DNA from: Candidatus Tepidifontimicrobium thermophilum
GTDB taxonomy: Bacteria; Sysuimicrobiota; Sysuimicrobiia; Sysuimicrobiales; Sysuimicrobiaceae
NCBI GenBank assembly: GCA_031459915.1
Contig: JAVKHO010000011.1
Coordinates: 20,878 to 84,877 of the forward strand
DNA length: 64,000 nt
Reading direction: 5' to 3'
This document shows, in pieces, positions 27,893 through 38,402 of this stretch. How positions within the stretch are numbered: the first letter of the stretch is position 1; the number at the start of each line of letters is the position of its first letter. The notes beneath the pieces were generated by a model. The model saw only the letters and a program-made list of their open reading frames with translations. It was not told where the DNA came from and did no database searches. Made by a program: the position numbers and the translations under genes.

Positions 27893-28918
27893 CTACTTGG
27901 GAAGCGGGAACACTTCGTCCGTCCAGCGCTTCACCAGACGGTCCCGGACCGCGGCGCTCCCGTACTTCACGAAGTCGTACTTGATGACCCGGAACGCCTC
28001 AAACCGCGGCGCCACGGGCGGGATGGGGGTCTTGCTGTTGGACGGGATCTGGTAGGACTGGCCCTTCTCCGGTCCGAGTCGCTGCGCCTCCGGCGTCAGC
28101 GCCCACTCGATGAAGGTGATGGCGGCAGCCCGGTTGGGACCGCCCTTCACCAGGCTGAGTCCCCCGATCTCGTACCCGGTGCCGTCCCGGGGCGCCCCGT
28201 AGCTGATCGGGAACCCCTTCAGGACCTGGTCCACCGCGTCGTGGATGAAGGTGATGCCCACGGCGACTTCTCCCCGCCCCGTGAGCTGGCCGGGCGCGGC
28301 GCCGCTGCGGGTGTACTCGGCCACGTTCCGGTGGATCTGCTTGAGCAGGTCGAAGGCCTCCCGCTCTCCGTACAGCTGGACCAAGGTCGCCAGCATGGTG
28401 TAGCCGGTGCCCGAGGTGTTGGGGTTCGGGTACGCCACCAGCCCCCGGTAGCGGGGGTCCGCCAGGTCCTTCCACGTCCGGGGGACGGGCGCGTTGCGCT
28501 CCCGGAGGACCCGCTCGTTCAGCGCCCACCCCAGGATCCCCGCGTAGAGGGGGATGTACTTCCCCGCCACCGCCTCCCGCAGCTCGGGACGCAGGTCATT
28601 CCAGCTCCTCGGCCGGTACGCCTCCGTGAGACCCTCCTCGAAGGCCACCATGTGGGGGTCCCCGGTACCCCCGAACCACACGTCGAAGCTGGGGTTGCGC
28701 CGCTCCGCCCGCAGCCGTGCCAGCCCCTCGCCGGAGCTCAGCCGTACGTAGTCGAGACCGATCCCCGTCGCCTTAGGGAACTCCTCCTTGATGGCGTCGC
28801 ACCAAGCGGGGTTCGGGCTACACAGTACCACCACCCGCTGAGCGGGGCCCGCCCCGGAAGAGGCGGGCAGGAGCAGCAGCAGACCAGCTAGCACCAACCA
28901 CGCCTTTCGCACCGTCAT
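27893..28918 (-). CDS. ABC substrate-binding protein, AfuA-like (sugar-phosphate) subfamily
   Basis: Signal peptide; CS...WC, DVWFGGTGDP, SGTGY, FIHD, GYEIGG, SYQIP. Confidence 0.88.
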   Translation of the reverse strand: MTVRKAWLVLAGLLLLLPASSGAGPAQRVVVLCSPNPAWCDAIKEEFPKATGIGLDYVRLSSGEGLARLRAERRNPSFDVWFGGTGDPHMVAFEEGLTEAYRPRSWNDLRPELREAVAGKYIPLYAGILGWALNERVLRERNAPVPRTWKDLADPRYRGLVAYPNPNTSGTGYTMLATLVQLYGEREAFDLLKQIHRNVAEYTRSGAAPGQLTGRGEVAVGITFIHDAVDQVLKGFPISYGAPRDGTGYEIGGLSLVKGGPNRAAAITFIEWALTPEAQRLGPEKGQSYQIPSNSKTPIPPVAPRFEAFRVIKYDFVKYGSAAVRDRLVKRWTDEVFPLPK

Positions 28919-28980
28919 CCCCTCCTCCCGACAGTCGGTTGTTGTACGGTCTCCGCCTCCGGAAACCGCCCCTGGCGCGC

Positions 28981-30030
28981 TCACCCCTCCTCCACAACTC
29001 GCAGCCGGTGCGGTGGGACTTCCAGGTACACCTCCTGGGCCGTCTGCAGGCGCACGTCCGGCTGCACGTCCACCACCCACTGCAGGCCGTCCGTCTCTAC
29101 GGTACACCGGCGCACCGAGCCCAGGAAGGTGATGGAGCGCACGCGGCCGCGCAGGGCATTCGGGCTCCCCGCAGGCGGGCCGCTACGGACCCGGATCTCC
29201 TCCGGCCGCACCGCCAGCAGAACCTTCCTGCCTGAGGATCCTCCGTCGTCCACCTGCAGTTCCAGACGACCTGCCTGGACCCTCCCAGGCCCGACCCATT
29301 GCCCTTCGACGAAGTTGGCCAGGCCCACGAACTCCGCCACGAAGCGGTTTCGGGGGCGCAGGTACACCTCCTCCGGCGTGCCCACCTGCAGGACCCGGCC
29401 CGCGTTCATGACCGCGATGCGGTCCGACAGGGCCAGCGCCTCCTCCTGATCGTGGGTCACGTACACCGTGGTCTGCCCCAGCCGCCGCTGCAGGTCCCGC
29501 AGCTCCTCCCGGACCCGCAGGCGCAGCTTGGCGTCCAAGTTACTCAGCGGCTCGTCCAACAACAGAACTTCAGGCTCCACCACCAGAGCCCGCGCCAGGG
29601 CCACTCGCTGCTGCTGGCCGCCGCTCAGCTGGTGCGGGTACTTGTGCTCCTGGCCCACGAGGCCCACCAGCTCCAGCACCTGCCGGACGCGTTCCCGCGC
29701 CGCCGCCGCCGGCACCCGCCGCATGCGCAGGCCGTAGGCTACGTTCTCCTCCACCGTCATGTGGGGGAACAGGGCGTACTCCTGGAACACCATGGCGGTG
29801 CCCCGCGCGTGGGGCGGCAGGTGGGTGATCCGCCGGTCCCGCAGATACACCTCCCCCCGGTCGGGCAGGTGGAACCCCGCCACCACGCGCAGCAACGTGG
29901 TCTTTCCACAACCCGAGGGGCCGAGGAGGGTGAAGAAGCAGCCCTCCTCGATGTCCAGGGTCACTCCGTCCACCGCCACGGCGGCGCCGAAGCGCTTCAC
30001 CACGTCTACCAGACGCAGGTGGCCCGCCAT
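28981..30030 (-). CDS. ABC ATP-binding protein (AfuC/FbpC type)
   Basis: GPSGCGKT, LSGGQQQR, HDQEEA. Confidence 0.94.
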   Translation of the reverse strand: MAGHLRLVDVVKRFGAAVAVDGVTLDIEEGCFFTLLGPSGCGKTTLLRVVAGFHLPDRGEVYLRDRRITHLPPHARGTAMVFQEYALFPHMTVEENVAYGLRMRRVPAAAARERVRQVLELVGLVGQEHKYPHQLSGGQQQRVALARALVVEPEVLLLDEPLSNLDAKLRLRVREELRDLQRRLGQTTVYVTHDQEEALALSDRIAVMNAGRVLQVGTPEEVYLRPRNRFVAEFVGLANFVEGQWVGPGRVQAGRLELQVDDGGSSGRKVLLAVRPEEIRVRSGPPAGSPNALRGRVRSITFLGSVRRCTVETDGLQWVVDVQPDVRLQTAQEVYLEVPPHRLRVVEEG

Positions 30031-30032
30031 GG

Positions 30033-31661
30033 CTACCCGGCCGGCACCGGCCGTAGGGCCCGTCCCGCCGCCACCCGGGCCGCCGCCAGTGCCGCGAACG
30101 TCACCAGCAAGAGCATGGTGGTCAACGCCGCAGCCCCGCCCCAGATCCCGTTGCCGATCATGTTGAGGATGGCGAAGGTGGCCACCACGTTCCCGGGCGA
30201 CACCAGGAATACCGCGATACTCACGTTGGTGACCGCCCGCACGAAGGACACGGTGAAGCCTTCCACGAAGGCGCGCGCCAGAAGCGGAAGGTACACGTCT
30301 CGCAGCAGGTGCAGACCCCGGGCACCCAGGTTGCTGGCCGCCTCCTCGATGGACCGGTCGATCTGCTGCAGCTGGGCCACCGCCGCCTGGTAGCCCAGGG
30401 GGAGGTGCCAGAACGCCAGCGCGAGGACCAGGATCCAGGGAGTTCCCACCAGCTCCAGGGGCGGCCGGTTGAAGGCCAACACGAAGCCCACCCCCACGAA
30501 CACGCCGGGCAGTGCGCCCGGCAACACCGCGAGGAAGTCCAGGGCCCTCCGCAGGGGCACGGGCCGACTCGTGAGGAAGGCCAGGAGGATGCCCGCCACC
30601 GCGGTGCCCAGCCCGGCGCCGGCTGCCACCCTCAGGCTGGCCCACAAGCTGGTCACGCGGTCCGAGGCCAGCCGCCAGTGGTCCAGGGTGATGGACCAGT
30701 CCCTCCCCCACACCGCGGTGAAAGCCCCCGCCACCACGCCGAGGTATATCAGCACCACAAGGACGCTGGTGAGCGCGCACACTGAGAAGGCCGCCCACTT
30801 GAGGGGCGGGTACGTGGGCGGCCGCTCCAGCCGCCCGCCCCGGCCCGTGATGGTGGTGTACCTCCTCCGGCCGACCCAGTAGCGCTCCAGCAGGAACAGA
30901 CCCGTGGTGGGCACTACCAGCATTGCCACCACCAGGGAGGCCCCCCGCAGGTCCGCCATTCCCTCCAACCGGAACCAAGCCTCGGTGGCCAGCAGGGGCC
31001 AGCCGCCGGCGATGACCACCGCGTTGCCGAAGTCCGCCAGCACGGAGATGGCGACCACCAGGGCCGCGCCCGCGATGCCGGGGCGCGCCAACGCCAGGGT
31101 GACCGTCCGCGCCACCTGCCACTCGTCAGCACCCAGGTTGCGGGCCGCGTGCTCCAGGCTCGGACTGACGCTCTCCAGCACTCCCGCGATGACCAGCATC
31201 GCGAGGGGGAAGAACGCCACCGTTTGGGCCAGCCAAAGCCCGTACAGGCCGAAGATGTTCACGTCCAGGCCCAACAGGTGGCGGGTCACCAAGCCCTGCC
31301 GGCCGAACAGGAGAATGTACGAGAACGCCACCATGAAGGGCGGCGCGAACAGCGGCAGCAGGGCTACTGTTCGGAAAAACCGCCGCCCGGGCACGTCCGG
31401 GCGGGTGATGGCGAAAGCGAAGGCCAGTCCCACCAGCACGGCGGTGCTGGTGGACAGGACCGTGCTCACCAAGCTGTTCCGTGCCGCCTGGATCCAGCGG
31501 ACGCTCTGCGGGATGGTCAGGTAGTCGTGCACGGTGGGGTAGAGGAGCACACGGACGGTGGGGTAGAGCACGAACAGCCCCAGGGCTGCCGCCCCTCCCA
31601 CGAACGCCAGGGCGAGGCCGGGGTCGGCCAGCTGCCTTCTGGCCTCCACCCCGGCTGCCAC
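30033..31661 (-). CDS. ABC permease (AfuB/FbpB type)
   Basis: PLFAPPF, LEHAARNLGA, LADFGN, IEEAASNLGA; start approximate. Confidence 0.9.
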   Translation of the reverse strand: MAAGVEARRQLADPGLALAFVGGAAALGLFVLYPTVRVLLYPTVHDYLTIPQSVRWIQAARNSLVSTVLSTSTAVLVGLAFAFAITRPDVPGRRFFRTVALLPLFAPPFMVAFSYILLFGRQGLVTRHLLGLDVNIFGLYGLWLAQTVAFFPLAMLVIAGVLESVSPSLEHAARNLGADEWQVARTVTLALARPGIAGAALVVAISVLADFGNAVVIAGGWPLLATEAWFRLEGMADLRGASLVVAMLVVPTTGLFLLERYWVGRRRYTTITGRGGRLERPPTYPPLKWAAFSVCALTSVLVVLIYLGVVAGAFTAVWGRDWSITLDHWRLASDRVTSLWASLRVAAGAGLGTAVAGILLAFLTSRPVPLRRALDFLAVLPGALPGVFVGVGFVLAFNRPPLELVGTPWILVLALAFWHLPLGYQAAVAQLQQIDRSIEEAASNLGARGLHLLRDVYLPLLARAFVEGFTVSFVRAVTNVSIAVFLVSPGNVVATFAILNMIGNGIWGGAAALTTMLLLVTFAALAAARVAAGRALRPVPAG

Positions 31662-31741
31662 AACACCCAGGCGCCCCACTGGCGTCTGCCTCCCCACCGC
31701 TGGTCCCGTTCGCGGCTCGGACGCTCCGACGGGGACCGAAC

Positions 31742-32755
31742 CTAGCGGCCGATCTCCCGGGTCCACCGCTCCCGCACACGTTCCGCGTTGGCGATGGCCC
31801 ACTCCCGGTCGTACCGGACGAACTTGACGGACTCAAAGGGCGGAGCCCCCGCCGGCGCCTCCACGTCCGCCCGGACCGGGTAGCGGAACCCGTACCGGGC
31901 GTTGATGTCCTGAGGAGTCCTCGTCATGAGGAAGTCCACGTACGCGCGGGCGCCCTCGGGGTTGGGGCCGCCCCGGATGATGGACGCCGCGCCGATCTCG
32001 AACGCGGTGTCGGGCGGCACGATCACCTCCAGGGGCTGGAACCGCAGCCGCCGTGCCCCGATAGCCTCGTGGGCCCACATCATGGCCACCACGGCCTCGC
32101 CGCGCTCCAGCAGGGTGATGGTCCCGGGCGCGGTGGGCGTGTACTGGGCTGCATTGCGGTTCAGCTCGCGCAGGTACGCCCAGGCCCGGTCCTCCCCCAG
32201 ACGGAAGATCTGCCCGGCCACGAAGATGTAGCCGGCGCCCGTAGTGACGGGACTGGGCATGATGAACTGCCCGCGGAACTCCGGCCGCAGGAGGTCGTCC
32301 CACGTGGCCGGTTTGGGGACTCTCCGGGGCGCCATCTCCCGGTCCCACCGCTCGGTGTTCACGATGATGCTCAGGATGCCCAGGTACCACCCGTGCCAGT
32401 AACCGTCCCGGTCCAGGAATGCCGGGCTGACCCGCGCCTCGCGGGCGACGGGCGAGCGGTAGGCGAGGAGCAGACCCTCGCGGGCCAGCGGGGCGTGGAA
32501 GTCCGCGGACCCTCCCACGAAGACGTCCGCCCGCGGCCGCTCCCGCTCCGCCCGGATGCGGGCCGCCAGCGTCCCCGCGGCCGCGACGCTCAGGGCCTCC
32601 ACCGCGATCCCCGTCCTCCGCGTGAACTCCCGGTTGATCAGGGACGTCTCCAGGTCCGGCAGTGCGGAGTACACCACGATCCGGCGGGCCTGGGCGCCCG
32701 CGGGTGCTGCGGACATCACCAGGCCCAGCAACAGCACGACCCACCATCTCCGCAC
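31742..32755 (-). CDS. ABC substrate-binding protein (AfuA/FbpA superfamily)
   Basis: Signal peptide; ADVFVGG, TTGAGY, WAHE, FEIGA. Confidence 0.88.
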   Translation of the reverse strand: MRRWWVVLLLGLVMSAAPAGAQARRIVVYSALPDLETSLINREFTRRTGIAVEALSVAAAGTLAARIRAERERPRADVFVGGSADFHAPLAREGLLLAYRSPVAREARVSPAFLDRDGYWHGWYLGILSIIVNTERWDREMAPRRVPKPATWDDLLRPEFRGQFIMPSPVTTGAGYIFVAGQIFRLGEDRAWAYLRELNRNAAQYTPTAPGTITLLERGEAVVAMMWAHEAIGARRLRFQPLEVIVPPDTAFEIGAASIIRGGPNPEGARAYVDFLMTRTPQDINARYGFRYPVRADVEAPAGAPPFESVKFVRYDREWAIANAERVRERWTREIGR

Positions 32756-32759
32756 GCTC

Positions 32760-33584
32760 TCACCTCCCCTCGGATTCTCGGGTCTGGCCGTCCAGCAGGA
32801 ACCGGTCCACCACTTCCACAATGGCCTCTCCCGGTCCGGCCCGTGTGACGTAGGCCGCCGCCGCCCGCAACATCGGGTGGGCGTTGGACACCGCCACCCC
32901 GAGCCCTGCCGCCTGGAGCATCTCCAGGTCGTTGGGGTTGTCTCCCACCGCGACCACCCGCTCGGGCGGGACGCCGAGGAGCGCACACACCCGCTGCAAA
33001 GCGCTCCCCTTCGACACGCCGGCGGGCAGCACCTCGAGGAAGTTGCGCTCCGAGAACACACGCCGCACCTGTGGGGCGCGCCGGGCCAGCTCCGTGTCCA
33101 GGACCGCCAGGCGATCGGGATCCCCCACCACGAGGACCTTGATCGGCTCTGGAGGAAGGCACTCCAGCAGGTCGCCCACCTCCTCCGCGGTGATCCCGTC
33201 CCGCTCCAGGTAGGCGCGGCTTTGGGCGTCCTGACGGTCCACGTACACCCGGTCGTCCGCGAACAGGTGGGGCCGCACGTCAGGGAACTCCCGGAGGACC
33301 TCCAGCGCGGCCCGCACGCCCTGGGGATCCAGGGTGCGCCGCTCCACCACCCGGTCGGCCTCGAAGTCGTAAACCACCGCTCCGTTGTACAGGATTACGG
33401 GGCTGTCCGCGCCCACGGCCTCCAGGTACGGGCGAACCGACCGCCACATGCGCCCGGTCGCCAGGCACACGCGGACCCCGCGCGCCTGCGCCGCGCGAAC
33501 CGCCTGTCGCACCGCTGCCGGTAGCTTGCGATCCGCCGGCAGCAGGGTGCCGTCCACGTCGGTGACCAACAGCCGGTACCGCAC
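32760..33584 (-). CDS. Cof-type HAD-IIB phosphatase
   Basis: DVDGTL, ATGR, YNGA, SKG, GDNPNDLEM. Confidence 0.94.
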   Translation of the reverse strand: MRYRLLVTDVDGTLLPADRKLPAAVRQAVRAAQARGVRVCLATGRMWRSVRPYLEAVGADSPVILYNGAVVYDFEADRVVERRTLDPQGVRAALEVLREFPDVRPHLFADDRVYVDRQDAQSRAYLERDGITAEEVGDLLECLPPEPIKVLVVGDPDRLAVLDTELARRAPQVRRVFSERNFLEVLPAGVSKGSALQRVCALLGVPPERVVAVGDNPNDLEMLQAAGLGVAVSNAHPMLRAAAAYVTRAGPGEAIVEVVDRFLLDGQTRESEGR

Positions 33585-33609
33585 CCAATACCCCCGTATC
33601 CTGCAACCG

Positions 33610-34575
33610 TTAAGGACGTGTGATTTCCGTACCGGGCTGCTCCCTGGGCAGACAGGCGCGAAGCAGTTCCACAGACCGCGCCACCCCGTCCAAGGGGTCG
33701 AGGAAAGGGTCTTCGTGTTCCACGCTGAGGGCGCCCCGGTACCCCACCTGACGCAGGGCGTCCACGAACCGTGCCCAGAAGAAGGCGTCGTGGCCCAGCC
33801 CCACCGTCCGGAAGGTCCATGGCCCGTCCGCGGGCGGCCAGCCCCTGGACAGGTAAAGCACACCGTCCTCCCGCACGCGGGCTTCGTCCACCCATGTATC
33901 CTTGGCGTGCACGTGGAAGATGGCCTCCCCCAGCCTCCGGACGGCCCCCAGTACGTCGATCCCTTGCCAGAACAGGTGGCTGGGGTCAAGGTTGGCCCCC
34001 ACCGTAGGACCCACCGCTTCCCGCAGACGCAGCAGGGTGGCGGGGTTGTACACGCACTGGCCGGGGTGCATCTCCACCGCGATGCGCCGCACCCCACACC
34101 GTCCCGCCCAGTCCGCCATCTCCTGCCAGAAGGGGATCAGCCGCTCCCGCCACTGCCACTCCACGATCTCCAGGAACTCCGGCGGCCAGCCCGACAGCAC
34201 CCAGTTAGGATCCCCACCGCCCGGGCCTGAGGGGCAGCCCGACATCGTCACCACCGTGTCCACCTCCAGCAGCCCCGCCAGCGCGATGGTGTCCCGCACC
34301 ACCTGTGCCTGCCGGGCGCCTTCCCCGGCCCGCGGGTGAAGGGGGTTGCCGCTGCAGTTGAGGGCGCTGATCGCCAGCCCGTGGTCGCGCAGCTCCCGTA
34401 GCAGTCGTTTGCGCTCCTCCTCGCTCTTCAGGAGCTCCCCCAGTTGCAGGTGGGGGGCTGGGGAGAAGTTGCCGGTCCCCAACTCCACCGACCGGACCCC
34501 CCAACGCGCACACCGCTCGAATACCCGTGCGCGCGGTTCGTGCCGGAGGCTGTCCGTCATCAACCCGACCCACAT
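33610..34575 (-). CDS. Sugar phosphate isomerase/epimerase (xylose isomerase-like TIM barrel, IolH-like)
   Basis: SGNPLHP, EMHPG, NLDPSH, HVHAKD, SVEHED. Confidence 0.88.
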   Translation of the reverse strand: MWVGLMTDSLRHEPRARVFERCARWGVRSVELGTGNFSPAPHLQLGELLKSEEERKRLLRELRDHGLAISALNCSGNPLHPRAGEGARQAQVVRDTIALAGLLEVDTVVTMSGCPSGPGGGDPNWVLSGWPPEFLEIVEWQWRERLIPFWQEMADWAGRCGVRRIAVEMHPGQCVYNPATLLRLREAVGPTVGANLDPSHLFWQGIDVLGAVRRLGEAIFHVHAKDTWVDEARVREDGVLYLSRGWPPADGPWTFRTVGLGHDAFFWARFVDALRQVGYRGALSVEHEDPFLDPLDGVARSVELLRACLPREQPGTEITRP

Positions 34576-34583
34576 CTCACCCC

Positions 34584-35609
34584 TCACCGGTCCTCCTGCG
34601 CGTACAGGGGCGGGGCGGCCTCAAGGGCGACCCGAACGGGACGGCCCGTGGCCAGGCTCTCTGCGCAGGCCTCCGCCACCGCCAGGGAGGCGTACCCGTC
34701 CCACGCGTTGGGCCACGGCTCGCCCCGTCGTACATGGTCCACCCAGGCCACCACCTCCGCCGCGTAAGCCGCGTCGAACCGCTCCAGCCAGTCCGGCGGC
34801 ACGGCTCTCGTGCACCGGCCCTCCGTGCGGGTGACCACACCGCCAGGCAGCCCTGCGGTCACTGTCCCTCGGTCCCCGGAGACCTCGATGCCCACCTCGT
34901 ACCCGTACCCCGCGGACAGGTTCAACTCCACCAGCGCCAGCGCGCCGTCCCGCAGCCCCAACTGGATCAGCTGCAGGTCGTAGACGTCCTCTGCCAAGGA
35001 GAAGTCCACACGGCAACCGACCACCGAATGCACCACGTCCACTTCCTGCCCTGACAGCCACCGGATCTCGTCCAGGTCGTGGATCGCGGCATTCACCAGC
35101 ACCGCCGCGCTGCTGTCCGGGGCGAACGCGGCGCGCACGTTCCGGTGCCACGCGCGGTACAGCACCGGCCTGCCCACCGCGCCGTCCGACAGGGCCCGGC
35201 GCAGGGCCCGGAACTCGGGATCGTACCGCCGCTGGAAGCCCACCTGCACCAGCCGGCGGCCCAACGCCACCTCGCGCTGCACGACGGCCCGGGCCTCATC
35301 CAGCCGTGTGGCCAGGGGCTTCTCGCAGAACACGGGCTTGGCGGCCTCCAGGCAGGCCAGGACGTAGCCCGCGTGGGTGGGGTCCGGGCTGGCCACCACC
35401 ACAGCGTCCACCTCGGGATCCGCCACCAGCTCGCGGCCGTCCTGGTACGCCCGGGCCGCACCGCACTCCGCCGCCAGCGCCCGGGCGCGGGCCACGTCCG
35501 CGTCCGCCACCGCCACCACCCGGGCCCCGGGCACACGGGAAACGAGGTTACGGGCGTGGCGGGAGCCCATGCCCCCGGCTCCCACCACGCCCACCCGCAC
35601 TTCCCCCAT
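34584..35609 (-). CDS. iolG: Inositol 2-dehydrogenase (Gfo/Idh/MocA)
   Basis: GAGGMG, CEKP, QVGFQRRYD, IHDLD, YGYE, RF..AY; iol context. Confidence 0.85.
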   Translation of the reverse strand: MGEVRVGVVGAGGMGSRHARNLVSRVPGARVVAVADADVARARALAAECGAARAYQDGRELVADPEVDAVVVASPDPTHAGYVLACLEAAKPVFCEKPLATRLDEARAVVQREVALGRRLVQVGFQRRYDPEFRALRRALSDGAVGRPVLYRAWHRNVRAAFAPDSSAAVLVNAAIHDLDEIRWLSGQEVDVVHSVVGCRVDFSLAEDVYDLQLIQLGLRDGALALVELNLSAGYGYEVGIEVSGDRGTVTAGLPGGVVTRTEGRCTRAVPPDWLERFDAAYAAEVVAWVDHVRRGEPWPNAWDGYASLAVAEACAESLATGRPVRVALEAAPPLYAQEDR

Positions 35610-35617
35610 CCCTCGCC

Positions 35618-36556
35618 TCACTTGGCGTACTGAGCTGCGTTCTGCTTGGTCACCAGGGTCGTCCCGGTGTCGATCCGCTTCGGCACCGACTGCCCTCGCA
35701 GCACTTTCACCGCACTCTCTACTCCGAACTTGCCCATGTTGTACGGGTTCTGGGCGACGCTGGCCGCCAGGTCCCCCCGCAGGATGGCCTGTGCTGCCTC
35801 AGGAATCGCGTCGAACCCCACGATCAGGATCTGCCCGGTCTTTCCCCGAGCCTTGACCGCCTCTGCAGCCCCTAACGCCATCAGGTCGTTCGCTGCAAAC
35901 ACCCCTTTCACACCGGGCTTGCTGGTCAGGATGTCCTCCATCACCTGTTGCCCCAACGCCCGGTCGCTGTTGGCCGGGAGCTCTGCCACCACCCGTAGAC
36001 CGCAACGCCGTACGGTCTCCCGGGCGCCCTCCACGCGGGCGCGGATGCTCTGGGTGGTCATGACTCCCGTGATGATGGCCACCTCGCCTTGACCCTTCAG
36101 TTGGTCGCACAGGAACTTCCCCCCCAAGGCACCGCCGGCGCGGTTGTCCGTACCAATGAAGGTCACCTTGTGTGGCCAGGTTCCGTCCGTGTCCACGAAC
36201 AGCACCGGGATCTTCCGCGCCCGCGCCTTGTCAAAGGTGCTGTTCAACGCGCTCACGTCCGTGGGCGCCACGACGATGGCGTTCACCCGTTTCGCCATCT
36301 GATCCTCGATCTGGGCGATCTGCACCTGCACGTCGGTCTCCGCCGGCGGCGCCAGCACCACGAGGTTCACCCCCAGGGCTCTCGCGGCATCCCGAGCGCC
36401 CCGTTCCACGGCGGCCCAGAACGGGTTGCCCGACCCAGGTCCCTTCATGCTCAACAGGATGGTGTAAGCCCGTGGACCCGCTTGACCCCATCCGGTCACG
36501 AGTCCCAGCGCTAGGCCAGCTACTACAGCCAGCACCGCGTACCGCCTTTTCACCAT
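35618..36556 (-). CDS. Sugar ABC substrate-binding protein (RbsB-like, probably inositol)
   Basis: NPFW, GTDN, ANDLMALGA, GFD, QNPY. Confidence 0.9.
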   Translation of the reverse strand: MVKRRYAVLAVVAGLALGLVTGWGQAGPRAYTILLSMKGPGSGNPFWAAVERGARDAARALGVNLVVLAPPAETDVQVQIAQIEDQMAKRVNAIVVAPTDVSALNSTFDKARARKIPVLFVDTDGTWPHKVTFIGTDNRAGGALGGKFLCDQLKGQGEVAIITGVMTTQSIRARVEGARETVRRCGLRVVAELPANSDRALGQQVMEDILTSKPGVKGVFAANDLMALGAAEAVKARGKTGQILIVGFDAIPEAAQAILRGDLAASVAQNPYNMGKFGVESAVKVLRGQSVPKRIDTGTTLVTKQNAAQYAK

Positions 36557-36627
36557 GGCTTGTCACCCCCTCACGGATCGAGCTCGCGGATTTCACAACG
36601 AACCGGCTGCCAGTCATTCCCACCCCC

Positions 36628-37653
36628 TCAGAGCTCCGCCCGCGCGGCACGCCGGCGGAGTACGTCCACGTAGACGGCCAGCAGAATGATCACGCCGATC
36701 AGCACCTGTTGCCAGAACACGGACACGTTCATCAGGTTGAGGCCGTTCCGAACCAGGCCCATGATAACGGCACCCAGGAACACGCCACCCGGCGTCCCCC
36801 GTCCGCCGAAAAAGCTGGCTCCGCCGATGATCACCGCGGCGATGCTGTCCAGCTCGGCTCCCAAACCCGCTGTGGGGTAGGCGGAGTTCACGCGTCCCGC
36901 CAGCAACACGCCTGCCACGCCGGCCAGCGTGCCGCAGAGGACATAGACCAGCACCAGCAGCCGTGCTACCGGGAGCCCCGCGTACTGTGCCGCGCGGGGG
37001 CTCCCCCCTACCGCGTAGATGTGCCGTCCGGTGCGCGTCCGTCGCATGAAGACCGTCCCGACCGCGTACAGGGCGACCACCACCAGGAACGAGACGGGAA
37101 TGGCGGTAGCGAACCGCGTGCCCTCCAGCAGGACTAGGTCTGCAGACCCCAGCCACCGAACCTCCGGCGTCAGGCCCGAGATAGGGACTCCCCCACTGAG
37201 CAGGTACGTGACCCCGCGCGCTACGTTGAGGGTGGCGAGGGTCGCGATGAAGGGGTGCGGGAGGTGGAGCCGCGTGAGAGCCAGACCGTTCGCGCCGCCC
37301 ACCGCAGCTCCCAGCAGGATTGCAGCGGGCAGGCTCGCCCACGCCGGCCAGCCCGCCTTCACCAGCAGGGCCAGCACGGTCATGCACAGGCCCATCACCG
37401 ACCCCACGCTCAGGTCGATCCCCGCCGTGGCCACAACGACGAACTGTCCGAGGGCCAGGATGGCGTTGCTGCTGATCTGTCGGGCCACGTTGGTGAGGTT
37501 CTCCCGGGTCAGGAAGAACTCGGGCTGCAGCGCCGTGAGGACTCCCATGATCAGGAGGACGACCAGCAACAGGTCCACGCGACTGAGCACCCCCCGTAGC
37601 CGGTCCCACGGCAAGCCTCGGTCCGCGGCTCGCGGGTAGGCCTCCAACCTCAC
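36628..37653 (-). CDS. Sugar ABC permease (RbsC-like)
   Basis: GIDLSVG, PFIATL, GRHIYAVGG, ELDSIAAVIIGG. Confidence 0.93.
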   Translation of the reverse strand: MRLEAYPRAADRGLPWDRLRGVLSRVDLLLVVLLIMGVLTALQPEFFLTRENLTNVARQISSNAILALGQFVVVATAGIDLSVGSVMGLCMTVLALLVKAGWPAWASLPAAILLGAAVGGANGLALTRLHLPHPFIATLATLNVARGVTYLLSGGVPISGLTPEVRWLGSADLVLLEGTRFATAIPVSFLVVVALYAVGTVFMRRTRTGRHIYAVGGSPRAAQYAGLPVARLLVLVYVLCGTLAGVAGVLLAGRVNSAYPTAGLGAELDSIAAVIIGGASFFGGRGTPGGVFLGAVIMGLVRNGLNLMNVSVFWQQVLIGVIILLAVYVDVLRRRAARAEL

Positions 37654-38402
37654 GCCGCGCCCCCCACGATGAGCGCCACGACGTCCTCCATCCGCGCGCC
37701 CCGCCCGTCGAGGACCCCCGCCACCCGCCCCCGGTTCAACACCACAATCCGGTCTGCAACATCCAGCACATCTTGCAGGCGGTGGCTGATCAGCACGACC
37801 GCAACTCCCTGCTCCTTCAGCCGTCGGATGACCTCCAGTACCTTGCCCGCCTCCGTAACCGCCAGGCTCGCCGTCGGCTCGTCCATGATGACCAGCTTAG
37901 CGGCGAAGGCCGTGGCTCGGGCGATGGCAACCGCCTGTCGCTGACCCCCCGACAGCTGCTCCACCGGGGTGCGGAGGGACGGCAACTCCACTCGAAGACC
38001 CGCCAGGTGATCCCGGGCGTGGCGCTCCATGGTCCGCTCGTCCAGAAGCCGCCACGGCCCGACAGGCCGGGTGACCTCCCGTCCCAAGAAGAGATTCGCC
38101 ACGGTGTCGAGATTCTCGGCCAGCCCGAGATCCTGGTAGACCATCTCGATCCCCAGGCGCCGGGAGTCCAGCGGCGAGTGGAACTGCACCCGCCTGCCGT
38201 CGAACCAGATTTCCCCAGCGTCCGGCCGATATACCCCGGTGAGGACCTTCATGAGGGTGGACTTGCCGGCGCCGTTGTCTCCCACGAGCCCCACGACCTC
38301 GCCCCTCCGAACGGCGAAGTCTACCGACCGGAGCGCGCTCACGGGGCCGAAGCGCTTCTCGATGCCCCGCATCTCCACCAGCCACGGAGACGCAGACATC
38401 AT
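37650..38402 (-). CDS. Sugar ABC ATP-binding protein (single NBD)
   Basis: GDNGAGKS, LSGGQRQ, DEPTA, ISH. Confidence 0.93.
   Translation of the reverse strand: MMSASPWLVEMRGIEKRFGPVSALRSVDFAVRRGEVVGLVGDNGAGKSTLMKVLTGVYRPDAGEIWFDGRRVQFHSPLDSRRLGIEMVYQDLGLAENLDTVANLFLGREVTRPVGPWRLLDERTMERHARDHLAGLRVELPSLRTPVEQLSGGQRQAVAIARATAFAAKLVIMDEPTASLAVTEAGKVLEVIRRLKEQGVAVVLISHRLQDVLDVADRIVVLNRGRVAGVLDGRGARMEDVVALIVGGAA

Noticed and set aside
24601..30030. Similar DNA in the two ABC ATPase genes as a repeat element
   Set aside because: Explained by conserved paralogous nucleotide-binding motifs
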